DNA of 64,000 nucleotides from Eledone cirrhosa (taxonomy: Eukaryota). Below are positions 50,956-63,404 of this stretch, in pieces. Within the stretch, counting starts at the first letter, position 1. Each line of letters opens with the position of its first letter. The position numbers were made by a program, and so were the translations under genes. The notes beneath the pieces were generated by a model. It ran no database searches. It had not been told where the DNA came from and worked only from the letters and a program-made list of their open reading frames with translations. The stretch is taken from the NCBI GenBank assembly GCA_964016885.1, contig OZ024740.1, forward strand, positions 77,562,001 to 77,626,000, given 5' to 3'.

Positions 50956-53900
50956 GGTGTGTGGTGTGGTGTTGTGTGTTGTGGTGTGGTGTAGTGTGGT
51001 GTGGTGTAGTGTGGTGTAGTGTGGTGTGGTGTGGTGTGGTGTGGTGTGTAGTGTGGTGTGGTGTAGTGTGGTGTGGTGTAGTGTAGTGTGGTGTAGTGTC
51101 GTATGGTGTAGTGTAGTGTGGTATAGTGTGGTGTGGTGTGGTCTAGTGTGGTGTGGTGTAGTGTAGTGTGGTGTCGTGTCGTGTGGTGTGGTGTAGTGTG
51201 ATGTGGTGTAGTGTGGTGTGGTGTGGTGTGGTGTGGTGTGGTGTAGTGTGGTGTAGTGTAGTGTGGTGTAGTGTGATGTGGTGTGGTGTAGTGTGGTGTG
51301 GTGTGGTGTGGTGTGGTGTAGTGTAGTGTCGTGTGGTGTGGTGTGGTGTGGTGTGGTGTGGTGTGGTGTGGTGTGGTGTAGTGTGGTGTGGTGTAGTGTG
51401 GTGTGGTGTGGTGAGGTGTGGTGTGGTGTAGTGTGGTGTGGTGTGGTGTAGTGTGGTGTGGTGTGGTGTGGTGTAGTGTAGTGTGGTGTGGTGTAGTGTG
51501 GTGTGGTGTGGTGTAGTGTGGTGTGGTGTAGTGTGGTGTAGTGTGGTGTGGTGTAGTGTGGTGTGGTGTAGTGTGGTGTGGTGTGGTGTGGTGTGGTGTG
51601 GTGTGGTGTGGTGTGGTGTACTGTGGTGTGGTGTAGTGTGGTGTGGTGTAGTGTGGTGTAGTGTGGTGTGGTGTAGTATGGTGTGGTGTAGTGTGGTGTG
51701 GTGTGGTGTGGTGTAGTGTGGTGTGGTGTGGTGTGGTGTGGTGTGGTGTGGTGTGGTGTGGTGTAGTGTGGTGTAGTGTAGTGTGGTGTGGTTTGGTGTG
51801 GTGTGGTGTGGTGTGGTGTAGTGTGGTGTAGTGTGGTGTGGTGTGGTGTAGTGTGGTGTGGTGTAGTGTGGTGTAGTGTGTAGTGGTGTAGTGTGGTGTG
51901 GTGTGGTGTGGTGTGGTGTAGTGTGGTGTGGTGTGGTGTGGTGTAGTGTGGTGTGGTGTAGTGTGGTGTGGTGTAGTGTGGTGTAGTGTGGTATGGTGTG
52001 GTATGGTGTGGTTTGGTGTACTGTGGTGTGGTATGGTGTAGTGTAGTGTGGTGTGGTGTAGTGTGGTGTGGTGTAGTGTGGTGTGGTGTGGTGTAGTGTG
52101 GTGTAGTGTGGTTTTGTGTGGTGTGGTGTAGTGTAGTGTGGTGTGGTGTGGTGTAGTGTGGTGTGGTGTGGTGTGGTGTAGTGTGGTGTGGTGTAGTGTG
52201 GTGTAGTGTAGTGTGGTGTAGTGTAGTGTGGTGTGGTGTGGTGTGGTGTGGTGTGGTGTGGTGTAGTGTGGTGTAGTGTGGTGTGGTGTAGTGTGGTGTG
52301 GTGTGGTTTAGTGTGGTGTGGTGTAGTGTGGTGTAGTGTGATATGGTGTGATATGGTGTGATGTAGTGTGGTGTGGTGTGGTGTAGTGTGGTGTAGTGTA
52401 GTGTGGTGTGTTGTGGTGTAGTGTGGTGTGGTGTAGTGTGGTGTGGTGTGGTGTGGTATGGTGTAGTGTGGTGTTGTGTAGTGTGGTGTAGTGTGGTGTG
52501 GTGTGGTGTAGTGTAGTGTAGTGTGGTGTTGTGTAGTGTGGTGTGGTGTAGTGTGGTGTGGCGTAGTGTGGTGTAGTGTGGTGTGGTGTAGTGTAGTGTG
52601 GTGTGGAGTGGTGTAGTGTGGTGCAGTGTAGTGTGGTGTAGTGTGGTGTGGTGTGGTGTAGTGTAGTGTGGTGTAGTGTAGTGTGGTGTAGTGTAGTGTG
52701 TCGTGGTGTGGTGTGGTGTAGTGTAGTGTAGTGTGGAGTTGTGTAGTGTGGTGTGGTGTAGTGTGGTGTGGTGTAGTGTGGTGTAGTGTGGTGTGGTGTA
52801 GTGTAGTGTGGTGTGGTGTAGTGTGGTGTGGTGTAGTGTGGTGTGGTGTAGTGTGGTGTGGTGTGGTGTAGTGTGGTGTGGTGTAGTGTGGTGTGGTGTG
52901 GTGTGGTGTAGTGTGGTGTGGTGTGGTGTGGTGTGGTGTGGTGTGGTGTAGTGTGGTGTGGTGTAGTGTGGTGTGGTGTAGTGTGGTGTGGTGTAGTGTG
53001 GTGTGGTGTAGTGTGGTGTGGTGTGGTGTGGTGTGGTGTAGTGTGGTGTAGTGTGGTGTGGTGTGGTGTGGTGTAGTGTGGTGTGGTGTAGTGTGGTGTG
53101 GTGTAGTGTGGTGTACTGTTGTGTGGTGTGGTGTAGTGTAGTGTGGTGTGGTGTAGTGTGTTGTGGTGTGGTGTAGTGTAGTGTGGTGTAGTGTGGTGTG
53201 GTGTGGTGTGGTGTAGTGTAGTGTGGTGTGGTATAGTGTGGTGTGGTGTAGTGTGGTGTGGTGTAGTGTGGTGTAGTGTGGTGTGGTGTAGTGTAGTGTG
53301 GTGTGGTGTGGTGTAGTGTGGTGTGGTGTGGTGTGGTGTAGTGCGGTGTAGTGTGGTGTGGTGTGGTGTAGTGTGGTGTGGTGTAGTGTGGTGTGGTGTA
53401 GTGTAGTGTGGTGTAGTGTGGTGTGGTGTGGTGTGGTGTAGTGTGGTGTGGTGTAGTGTGGTGTAGTGTGGTATGGTGTGGTGTGGTGTGGTTTGGTGTA
53501 GTGTGGTGTGGTGTAGTGTGGTGTGGTGTGGTGTACTGTGGTGTGGTGTAGTGTGGCGTAGTGTGGTGTGGTGTGGTGTTGTGTGGTGTGGTGTGGTATA
53601 GTGTGGTGTGGTGTAGTGTGATGTACTGTGGTTTGGTATGGTGTAGTGTAGTGTGGTGTGGTGTAGTCTGGTGTGGTGTAGTGTGGTGTGGTGTAGTGTG
53701 GTGTGGTGTGGTGTGGTGTGGTTTTGTGTGATGTGGTGTAGTGTAGTGTGGTGTGGTGTAGTGTGGTGTGGTGTAGTGTGGTGTGGTATAGTGTGGTGTA
53801 GTGTGGTGTGGTGTAGTGTAGTGTGGTGTGGTGTAGTGTGGTGTGGTGTGGTGTGGTGTAGTGTGGTGTGGTGTAGTGTGGTGTGGTGTGATGTAGTGTA

Positions 53901-56900
53901 GTGTGGTGTAGTGTAGTGTGGTGTGGTGTGGTGTGGTGTGGTGTGGTGTGGTGTGGTGTGGTGTAATGTGGTGTGGTGTAGTGTGGTGTGGTGTGGTTTA
54001 GTGTGGTGTGGTGTAGTGTGGTGTAGTGTGATATGGTGTGATGTAGTGTGGTGTGGTGTGGTGTAGTGTGGTGTGGTGTAGTGTGGTGTAGTGTGGTGTG
54101 GTGTGGTGTGGTGTGGTGTTGTGTGGTGTGGTGTGGTATAGTGTGGTGTGGTGTAGTGTGATGTACTGTGGTTTGGTATGGTGTAGTGTAGTGTGGTGTG
54201 GTGTAGTGTGGTGTGGTGTAGTGTGGTGTGGTGTAGTGTGGTGTGGTGTGGTGTGGTTTTGTGTGGTGTGGTGTAGTGTAGTGTGGTGTGGTGTAGTGTG
54301 GTGTGGTGTAGTGTGGTGTGGTGTAGTGTGGTGTAGTGTGGTGTGGTGTAGTGTAGTGTAGTGTGGTGTGGTGTGGTGTGGTGTAGTGTGGTGTGGTGTA
54401 GTGTGGTGTGGTGTGGTGTAGTGTAGTGTGGTGTAGTGTAGTGTGGTGTGGTGTGGTGTGGTGTGGTGTGGTGTGGTGTAGTGTGGTGTAATGTGGTGTG
54501 GTGTAGTGTGGTGTGGTGTGGTTTAGTGTTGTGTGGTGTAGTGTGGTGTAGTGTGATATGGTGTGATGTTATGTGGTGTGGTGTGGTGTAGTGTGGTGTG
54601 GTGTAGTGTGGTGTGGTGTAGTGTGGTGTGGTGTGGTGTGGTATGGTGTAGTGTGGTGTTGTGTAGTCTGGTGTAGTGTGATGTGGTGTGGTGTGGTGTA
54701 GTGTAGTGTAGTGTGGTGTTGTGTAGTGTGGTGTAGTGTGGTGTGGTGTGGTGTGGTATGGTGTAGTGTGGTGTTGTGTAGTCTGGTGTAGTGTGGTGTG
54801 GTGTGGTGTGGTGTAGTGTAGTGTAGTGTGGTGTTGTGTAGTGTGGTGTGGTGTAGTGTGGTGTAGTGTGGTGTAGTGGGGTGTGGTGTAGTGTAGTGTG
54901 GTGTGGTGTGGTGTAGTGTAGTGTGGTGTGGTGTGGTGTGGTGTGGTGTAGTGTGGTGTGGTGTGGTGTAGTGTAGTGTGGTGTTGTGTAGTGTGGTGTA
55001 GTGTAGTGTGTCGTGGTGTGGTGTGGTGTAGTGTAGTGTAGTGTGGAGTTGTGTAGTGTGGTGTGGTGTAGTGTGGTGTGGTGTAGTGTGGTGTAGTGTG
55101 GTGTGGTGTAGTGTAGTGTGGTGTGGTGTAGTGTGGTGTGGTGTAGTGTGGTGTGGTGTAGTGTGGTGTAGTGTGGTGTAGTGTGGTGTGGTGTGGTGTG
55201 GTGTGGTGTGGTGTGGTGTGGTGTGGTGTAGTGTGGTGTAGTGTGGTGTAGTGTGGTTTTGTGTGGTGTGGTGTAGTGTAGTGTGGTGTGGTGTAGTGTG
55301 GTGTGGTTTAGTGTGGTGTGGTGTAGTGTAGTGTGGTGTGGTGTGGTGTAGTGTGGTGTGGTGTGGTGTGGTGTAGTGTGGTGTGGTGTAGTGTGGTGTG
55401 GTGTGGTGTAGTGTAGTGTGGTGTAGTGTAGTGTGGTGTGGTGTAGTGTGTTGTGGTGTGGTGTAGTGTAGTGTGGTGTAGTGTGGTGTGGTGTGGTGTG
55501 GTGTGGTGTAGTGTAGTGTGGTGTGGTATAGTGTGGTGTGGTGTAGTGTGGTGTGGTGTAGTGTGGTGTAGTGTGGTGTGGTGTAGTGTAGTGTGGTGTG
55601 GTGTGGTGTAGTGTGGTGTGGTGTGGTGTGGTGTAGTGCGGTGTAGTGTGGTGTGGTGTGGTGTAGTGTGGTGTGGTGTAGTGTGGTGTGGTGTAGTGTA
55701 GTGTGGTGTAGTGTGGTGTGGTGTGGTGTGGTGTAGTGTGGTGTGGTGTAGTGTGGTGTAGTGTGGTATGGTGTGGTGTGGTGTGGTTTGGTGTAGTGTG
55801 GTGTGGTGTAGTGTGGTGTGGTGTGGTGTACTGTGGTGTGGTGTAGTGTGGCGTAGTGTGGTGTGGTGTGGTGTTGTGTGGTGTGGTGTGGTATAGTGTG
55901 GTGTGGTGTAGTGTGATGTACTGTGGTTTGGTATGGTGTAGTGTAGTGTGGTGTGGTGTAGTCTGGTGTGGTGTAGTGTGGTGTGGTGTAGTGTGGTGTG
56001 GTGTGGTGTGGTGTGGTTTTGTGTGATGTGGTGTAGTGTAGTGTGGTGTGGTGTAGTGTGGTGTGGTGTAGTGTGGTGTGGTATAGTGTGGTGTAGTGTG
56101 GTGTGGTGTAGTGTAGTGTGGTGTGGTGTAGTGTGGTGTGGTGTGGTGTGGTGTAGTGTGGTGTGGTGTAGTGTGGTGTGGTGTGATGTAGTGTAGTGTG
56201 GTGTAGTGTAGTGTGGTGTGGTGTGGTGTGGTGTGGTGTGGTGTGGTGTGGTGTGGTGTAATGTGGTGTGGTGTAGTGTGGTGTGGTGTGGTTTAGTGTG
56301 GTGTGGTGTAGTGTGGTGTAGTGTGATATGGTGTGATGTAGTGTGGTGTGGTGTGGTGTAGTGTGGTGTGGTGTAGTGTGGTGTAGTGTGGTGTGGTGTG
56401 GTGTGGTGTGGTGTTGTGTGGTGTGGTGTGGTATAGTGTGGTGTGGTGTAGTGTGATGTACTGTGGTTTGGTATGGTGTAGTGTAGTGTGGTGTGGTGTA
56501 GTGTGGTGTGGTGTAGTGTGGTGTGGTGTAGTGTGGTGTGGTGTGGTGTGGTTTTGTGTGGTGTGGTGTAGTGTAGTGTGGTGTGGTGTAGTGTGGTGTG
56601 GTGTAGTGTGGTGTGGTGTAGTGTGGTGTAGTGTGGTGTGGTGTAGTGTAGTGTAGTGTGGTGTGGTGTGGTGTGGTGTAGTGTGGTGTGGTGTAGTGTG
56701 GTGTGGTGTGGTGTAGTGTAGTGTGGTGTAGTGTAGTGTGGTGTGGTGTGGTGTGGTGTGGTGTGGTGTGGTGTAGTGTGGTGTAATGTGGTGTGGTGTA
56801 GTGTGGTGTGGTGTGGTTTAGTGTGGTGTGGTGTAGTGTGGTGTAGTGTGATATGGTGTGATGTTATGTGGTGTGGTGTGGTGTAGTGTGGTGTGGTGTA

Positions 56901-59900
56901 GTGTGGTGTGGTGTAGTGTGGTGTGGTGTGGTGTGGTATGGTGTAGTGTGGTGTTGTGTAGTCTGGTGTAGTGTGATGTGGTGTGGTGTGGTGTAGTGTA
57001 GTGTAGTGTGGTGTTGTGTAGTGTGGTGTAGTGTGGTGTGGTGTGGTGTGGTATGGTGTAGTGTGGTGTTGTGTAGTCTGGTGTAGTGTGGTGTGGTGTG
57101 GTGTGGTGTAGTGTAGTGTAGTGTGGTGTTGTGTAGTGTGGTGTGGTGTAGTGTGGTGTAGTGTGGTGTAGTGGGGTGTGGTGTAGTGTAGTGTGGTGTG
57201 GTGTGGTGTAGTGTAGTGTGGTGTGGTGTGGTGTGGTGTGGTGTAGTGTGGTGTGGTGTGGTGTAGTGTAGTGTGGTGTGGTGTGGTGTGGTGTAGTGTG
57301 GTGTGGTGTGGTGTAGTGTAGTGTGGTGTTGTGTAGTGTGGTGTAGTGTAGTGTGTCGTGGTGTGGTGTGGTGTAGTGTAGTGTAGTGTGGAGTTGTGTA
57401 GTGTGGTGTGGTGTAGTGTGGTGTGGTGTAGTGTGGTGTAGTGTGGTGTGGTGTAGTGTAGTGTGGTGTGGTGTAGTGTGGTGTGGTGTAGTGTGGTGTG
57501 GTGTAGTGTGGTGTAGTGTGGTGTAGTGTGGTGTGGTGTGGTGTGGTGTGGTGTGGTGTGGTGTGGTGTGGTGTAGTGTGGTGTAGTGTGGTGTAGTGTG
57601 GTTTTGTGTGGTGTGGTGTAGTGTAGTGTGGTGTGGTGTAGTGTGGTGTGGTTTAGTGTGGTGTGGTGTAGTGTAGTGTGGTGTGGTGTGGTGTAGTGTG
57701 GTGTGGTGTGGTGTGGTGTAGTGTGGTGTGGTGTAGTGTGGTGTGGTGTGGTGTAGTGTAGTGTGGTGTAGTGTAGTGTGGTGTGGTGTGGTGTGATGTG
57801 GTGTGGTGTGGTGTGGTGTGGTGTAGTGTGATATGGTGTGATGTAGTGTGGTGTGGTGTGGTGTAGTGTGGTGTAGTGTGGTGTGGTGTAGTGTGGTGTG
57901 TTGTGGTGTAGTGTGGTGTGGTGTAGTGTGGTGTGGTGTGGTGTGGTATGGTGTAGTGTGGTGTTGTGTAGTGTGGTATAGTGTGGTGTGGTGTGGTGTA
58001 GTGTAGTGTAGTGTGGTGTTGTGTAGTGTGGTGTGGTGCAGTGTGGTGTGGTGTAGTGTGGTGTAGTGGGGTGTGGTGTAGTGTAGTGTGGTGTGGTGTG
58101 GTGTAGTGTGGTGTGGTGTGGTGTAGTGTGGTGTAGTGTGGTGCATTGTAGTGCGGTGTGGTGTGGTGTGGTGTAGTGTAGTGTAGTGTGGAGTTGTGTA
58201 GTGTGGTGTGGTGTAGTGTGGTGTGGTGTAGTGTGGTGTAGTGTGGTGTGGTGTAGTGTAGTGTGGTGTGGTGTGGTGTGGTGTGGTGTACTGCGGTGTG
58301 GTGTAGTGTGGCGTATGTGGTGTGGTGTGGTGTGGTGTGGTGTGGTGTGGTGTGGTGTGGTGTGGTGTAGTGTGGTGTGGTGTGGTGAGGTGTGGTGTGG
58401 TGTAGTGTGGTGTGGTATAATGTGGTGTAGTGTGGTGTGGTGTGGTGTGGTTTAGTGTAGTGTGGTGTGGTGTAGTGTGGTGTGGTGTAGTGTGGTGTGG
58501 TGTAGTGTGGTGTGGTGTAGTGTGGTGTAGTGTGGTGTGGTGTAGTGTGGTGTAGTGTGGTGTGGTGTGGTGTGGTGTGGTGTGGTGTAGTGTGGTGTGG
58601 TGTGGTGTGGTGTGGTGAGGTGTGGTGTGGTGTGGTGTAGTGTGGTGTGGTGTGGTATGGTGTAGTGTAGTGTGGTGTGGTGTAGTGTGGTGTGGTGTAG
58701 TGTGGTGTGGTGTGGTGTAGTGTGGTGTAGTGTGGTTTTGTGTGGTGTGGTGTAGTGTAGTGTGGTGTGGTGTAGTGTGGTGTGGTGTAGTGTGGTGTGG
58801 TGTAGTGTGGTGTGGTGTGGTGTGGTGTAGTGTGGTGTGGTGTAGTGTGGTGTGGTGTGGTGAGGTGTAGTGTGGTGTGGTGTAGTGTGGTGTGGTGTAG
58901 TGTGGTGTGGTGTAGTGTGGTGTGGTGTGGTGTGGTGTGATGTGGTGTGGTGTAGTGTGGTGTGGTGTGTACTGTGGTGTGGTGTGGTGTGGTGTAGTGT
59001 GGTGTGGTGTGGTGTGGTGTGGTGTGGTGTGGTGTGGTGTGGTGTGGTGTAGTGTGGTGTGGTGTAGTGTGGTGTGGTGTGGTGAGGTGTGGTGTGGTGT
59101 GGTGTAGTGTGGTGTGGTGTAGTGTGGTGTGGTGTAGTGTGGTGTGGTGTGGTGTGATGTGGTGTGGTGTAGTGTGGTGTGGTGTGGTGTAGTGTGGTGT
59201 GGTATACTGTGGTGTGGTGTAGTGTGGTGTAGTGTGGTGTGGTGTGGTGTGGTGTGGTGTGGTGTGGTGTGGTGTGGTGTAGTGTGGTGAGTTGTGGTGT
59301 AGTGCGGTGTGGTGTGGTGTAATGTGGTGTGGTGTAGTGTGGTGTAGTGTGGTGTGGTGTGGTGTGGTGTGGTGTGGTGTGGTATAGTGTGGTGTGGTGT
59401 AGTGTGATGTACTGTGTTGTGGTATGGTGTAGTGTAGTGTGGTGTGGTGTAGTGTGGTGTGGTGTAGTGTGGTGTGGTGTAGTGTGGTGTGGTGTGGTGT
59501 GGTGTAGTGTGGTGTGGTGTAGTGTGGTGTAGTGTGGTTTTGTGTGGTGTGGTGTAGTGTAGTGTGGTGTGGTGTAGTGTGGTGTGGTGTAGTGTGGTGT
59601 GGTGTAGTGTGGTGTAGTGTGGTGTGGTGTAGTGTGGTGTGGTGTAGTGTGGTGTAGTGTGGTGTAGTTTGGTGTGGTGTAGTGTGGTGTGGTGTGGTGT
59701 GGTGTGGTGTAGTGTGGTGTGGTGTGGTGTGGTGTAGTGTGGTGTGGTGTAGTGTGGTGTGGTGTAGTGTGGTGTGGTGTAATGTAGTGTGGTGTGGTAT
59801 AGTGTAGTGTGGTTTGGTGTAGTGTGGTGTGGTGTAGTGTGGTGTGGTGTAGTGTGGTGTGGTGTAGTGTGGTGTAGTGTGGTGTGGTGTGGTGTAGTGT

Positions 59901-60232
59901 GGTGTGGTGTGGTGTAGTGTGGTGTAGTGTGGTGTGGTGTAGTGTGGTGTTGTGTAGTGTGGTGTGGTGTAGTGTGGTGTGGTGTAGTGTGGTGTAGTGT
60001 GGTGTGGTATAGTGTAGTGTGGTTTGGTGTAGTGTGGTGTGGTGTAGTGTGGTGTGGTGTAGTGTGGTGTGGTGTAGTGTGGTGTAGTGTGGTGTGGTGT
60101 GGTGTAGTGTGGTGTGGTGTGGTGTAGTGTGGAGTAGTGTGGTGTGGTGTAGTGTGGTGTGGTGTAGTGTGGTGTGGTGTAGTGTGGTGTGGTGTAGTGT
60201 GGTGTAGTGTGGTGTGGTGTAGTATGGTGTGG
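50956..60232. repeat. 9.3-kb pentanucleotide satellite (GTGTG/GTGTA)n with higher-order structure
   Basis: Direct reading. Identical ORF-track translations at 53653/55948 and 54098/56393 (offset 2295). Confidence 0.98.
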
Positions 60233-60262
60233 TAGCAGTAGTAGTAGTAGTGGGTGATGATG

Positions 60263-60342
<80 letters not shown>

Positions 60343-60439
60343 GCTGCTGGTGGTGGTGCTGGTGCTGGTGCTGGTAGTGGTGGTGGTAGTGGTGGTGATG
60401 GTAGTAGTAATGGTGGCAGTTGTAATAGTAGTAGTAGTG

Positions 60440-60494
<55 letters not shown>

Positions 60495-60511
60495 CAGTAG
60501 TAGTAGTAGTA
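60233..60511. repeat. (TAG/TGG)n trinucleotide array
   Basis: Direct reading. Adjoins the SINE tail at 60512. Confidence 0.95.
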
Positions 60512-60695
60512 ATTGTTTCTACTTTTAGCACAAGGCCAGTAATTATAACAGTGTATTACTGGTACTTTATTTTATCGACCCCGTAAGGATGATAGGCAAA
60601 GTTAACCTCGGCGGGATTTGAACTCAGTTTATAAAGGGAGGTAACTCTATGCTGCAAAGCATGGCGTCCGACCCTCTACCGATACTGCCAATCCA
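60512..60695 (-). mobile_element. tRNA-derived SINE (main family)
   Basis: Same boxes and core as 24344. Confidence 0.9.
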
Positions 60696-61188
60696 TAGTA
60701 ATAGTAGTAGTTACTCGAAGTAGAAAACAAAAAGCGAAGAGTGCTTATCAACCAAGTTTTTTTTTAATCGCATCCAAACCATTATATATAAACTAGCAGA
60801 AAAACCACCCCTGGGTGTTTTTCTGCTAGCATGTGTAGTGTGTATATTGATATTATACGCAAGTATATATACATGTAAATATGATACATCAAATAAAATC
60901 GTAATTGCAATATACACAGAAATTGAACGAAGACTGCGTTACACTGTTTTATGTAATCAGTAAAGTAATCCATGATACATTAAAAAAGACGATATTATAT
61001 AAAACTGCGTTAGGAAAAAATTAGTGACAGAAAATCAGTATGTTTATTTAAGCGATCGCCAACCGGAAGTTTTGACATTTCTGAAATTTTTAAGAAGTGA
61101 ATCTTTGAATAAACAAAATATATTTAATCAACAGCCACGAAATTTAGTAGATAAATTATGTAATATTCATTCATTATTTATTCAAAGT

Positions 61189-61379
61189 AGGGCGGTCGAT
61201 TGGCAGTATCGGTAGAGGGTCGGATGCCATTCTTTGACGTATAGAGTTACGGCCCTTGCCATTCTGAGTTCAAATCCCGCCGAGGTTAACTTTGCCTTTC
61301 ATCCTTACGGGGTCGATAAAATAAGTACCAGTAATGCTCTGGGTTATTGCTGGCCTTGTGCCTAAAGTAGAAACAATTA
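61189..61379 (+). mobile_element. tRNA-derived SINE (main family, full length, with TSD)
   Basis: GGGCGGTCGATTGGCAGTATCGG..GAGTTCAAATCCC..GTAGAAACAATT. ATTATTTATTCAAAGTA occurs on both sides (~61173 and ~61376). Confidence 0.92.
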
Positions 61380-61699
61380 TTTATTCAAAGTAATCCAACT
61401 TATTTAATAATTGGATGAAAAAATTATAAACTGCACGCAGTCCCGCGCCCCTCCATTTATTATAGTTTATATCGATTTGACTGTACTAGAAGTATCGATT
61501 GCTTCCGTCTGTAGTAAATGTTTGTTGTTACATACAAATTTATATCTTAATCCTTTCCAACCATTTTTCTAATGGAATACAGTTTATAATTTTCAAATCA
61601 TTTTGAAATAATTTTAAACGTTAACAGATGCAGTAATAATTCTTCTCTGCTTTTTCTTCTTCTTCGCCCACTTATCTCAGCAATTTAAGGGAAAGGGAA

Positions 61700-61870
61700 A
61701 GTCGACTAAATCGATCCCAGTTCGTTACTGTTATTTTATTTTATCGACCACGTATGGATGAAAAGCGAAGTTAACCTCGGCGGGATTTGAACTCAGGTCG
61801 TAAAGGCCCGTAACTCCATGCTGCAAAGCATGGCGTCCAACCCTCTAACGATACTGCCAATCCACCGCCC
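61700..61870 (-). mobile_element. tRNA-derived SINE (variant tail)
   Basis: GTTAACCTCGGCGGGATTTGAACTC..GATACTGCCAATCCACCGCCC. Confidence 0.85.
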
Positions 61871-62145
61871 TTATGGTAATAATATAACTAAATTTCTTTT
61901 GATTAATCTAGTGTTTGGAACATAATTTAAAAATTCTTACATGGAATTATGATAGAAATTTTTAGATGAATATAGATACTTTAAAATAAATTTCTTTATA
62001 TCGTAAAACCAGTGGTGATTTCGGCGGTGGTTATCAAAAGAGTAAATAGTTGTTAACATCAGTGTAACAGTTAACATAGGTATATCAATATTAACTAAGG
62101 TTAATATTAATATACCTATAAATTTATACATAATTTTGATGCGAA

Positions 62146-62430
62146 CGGAGCATGGTAGTATGGTTAAGAAATTTGTTTTTCAACCATAAAGTTCCAGGCT
62201 CGATCTTAGGCAAATGTCATTTACCATAGCCTAGGGAAGACAGAAACTGCTCGGAAGCCCGTTGGATGAACTGTACATGTATTTAAATTGGTTGGCTTTA
62301 CCACATATTATATCACGTTGAATCTCTCTCAGAATTACGTTAAGGATGCACATGTTAGTAGAATACTCTACCACTTAATCTAACGAGTCTATTGATCGAA
62401 CAACTTAAACATACATCGTCCACCAACTGA
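62146..62430 (+). mobile_element. Old tRNA-headed SINE (related pieces at ~235-360, ~400-520, ~25300-25460, ~31590-31720)
   Basis: GCATGGTAGTATGGTTAAGAA..CAACCA..GGCAAATGTC..ACCATAGCCT. Degraded. Confidence 0.5.
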
Positions 62431-63404
62431 GATTCGGTTATTTGTTGGTTTTGTGTTGAAGTTGAATTGTTTGTTTTGTTCAAAGAAGTGCTGTTACTCT
62501 TAGCAAAAGATTTTTAGGGATTTAGTAAATAGGGAGTTGGTCTAAGTGGTGGGGGGAATAAGTGTGTGTGTGGGGGGGGGGGGGAGGGGAGTTGGGTTGG
62601 TGGTAAATCAGTAACTTTGCTAGGTTGTCTCCGTTGATTGTTTTAAAAAATCCGAATTCGTGATTTAGTTTACATATTGAGACCCCAACCCGTCCTATTT
62701 ATGTTATAACATACGGGATTTCTAGTAATGTAATTTTTTGGTCATGTATAATATTTTTTTTATTGTGTAAAGAAAAAATTAGCCGGGGATAGAACAGCAA
62801 GATTGAATAAGCGGCGGGGGGGGGGGGGGGGGTAATAAGAGTAAGGTGGGGTCTAGAAAGAGTCTAAAAAATTAATACGCTGGGGGAGGAGATTCTTCGA
62901 GACCCGAAAGAAGATATTTACAATGTACATATGTCAACCACTTGCAAGTAAATTTCGCGAGCATGCTATTCCATTGATCAAATAACTGGAGCACACCAGA
63001 TCGAAACTGACGAAGATCCATTCCATCCCAACTCAATCAATTAATTACATTCTCGCTACTGGGGCAACTAGACGTTGTGTGTGTTTGGTACTATAGACGT
63101 TTAACTGTTTAACATGGCATTTTAATGGGCCTTAGAAATGCTTCTCGGTGTCCATCACCTCTTCAAGTGTTCGTTCTAAACCACTGTGTTGATTAGGTAC
63201 AGAGGCGATAGATTTTGGAGGCCTTTCCTGGTGGTTGTGGGGGCGTTGGCAGTGTTGGATTTTGTGGAAATTTACGCATTTTATTCTGTTCAGTTAATCG
63301 TCAATATATCATGTACCCTCCTACACACACATATGTATATATATAATAATAATACAAGGATGATGTGTTAAGCCGTCATTACGTGTATTGGGTGAGCGCA
63401 AATA

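Noticed and set aside
50956-60232. Telomeric array
   Set aside because: The unit is not TTAGGG-like, is heterogeneous, and is flanked on both sides by ordinary interspersed repeats.
56818-60531. 1237-aa His/Thr/Pro-rich ORF
   Set aside because: It is the translation of the (CACAC/TACAC)n satellite strand and the (CTA)n tract, which rarely yield stops in that frame. No domain or gene context.
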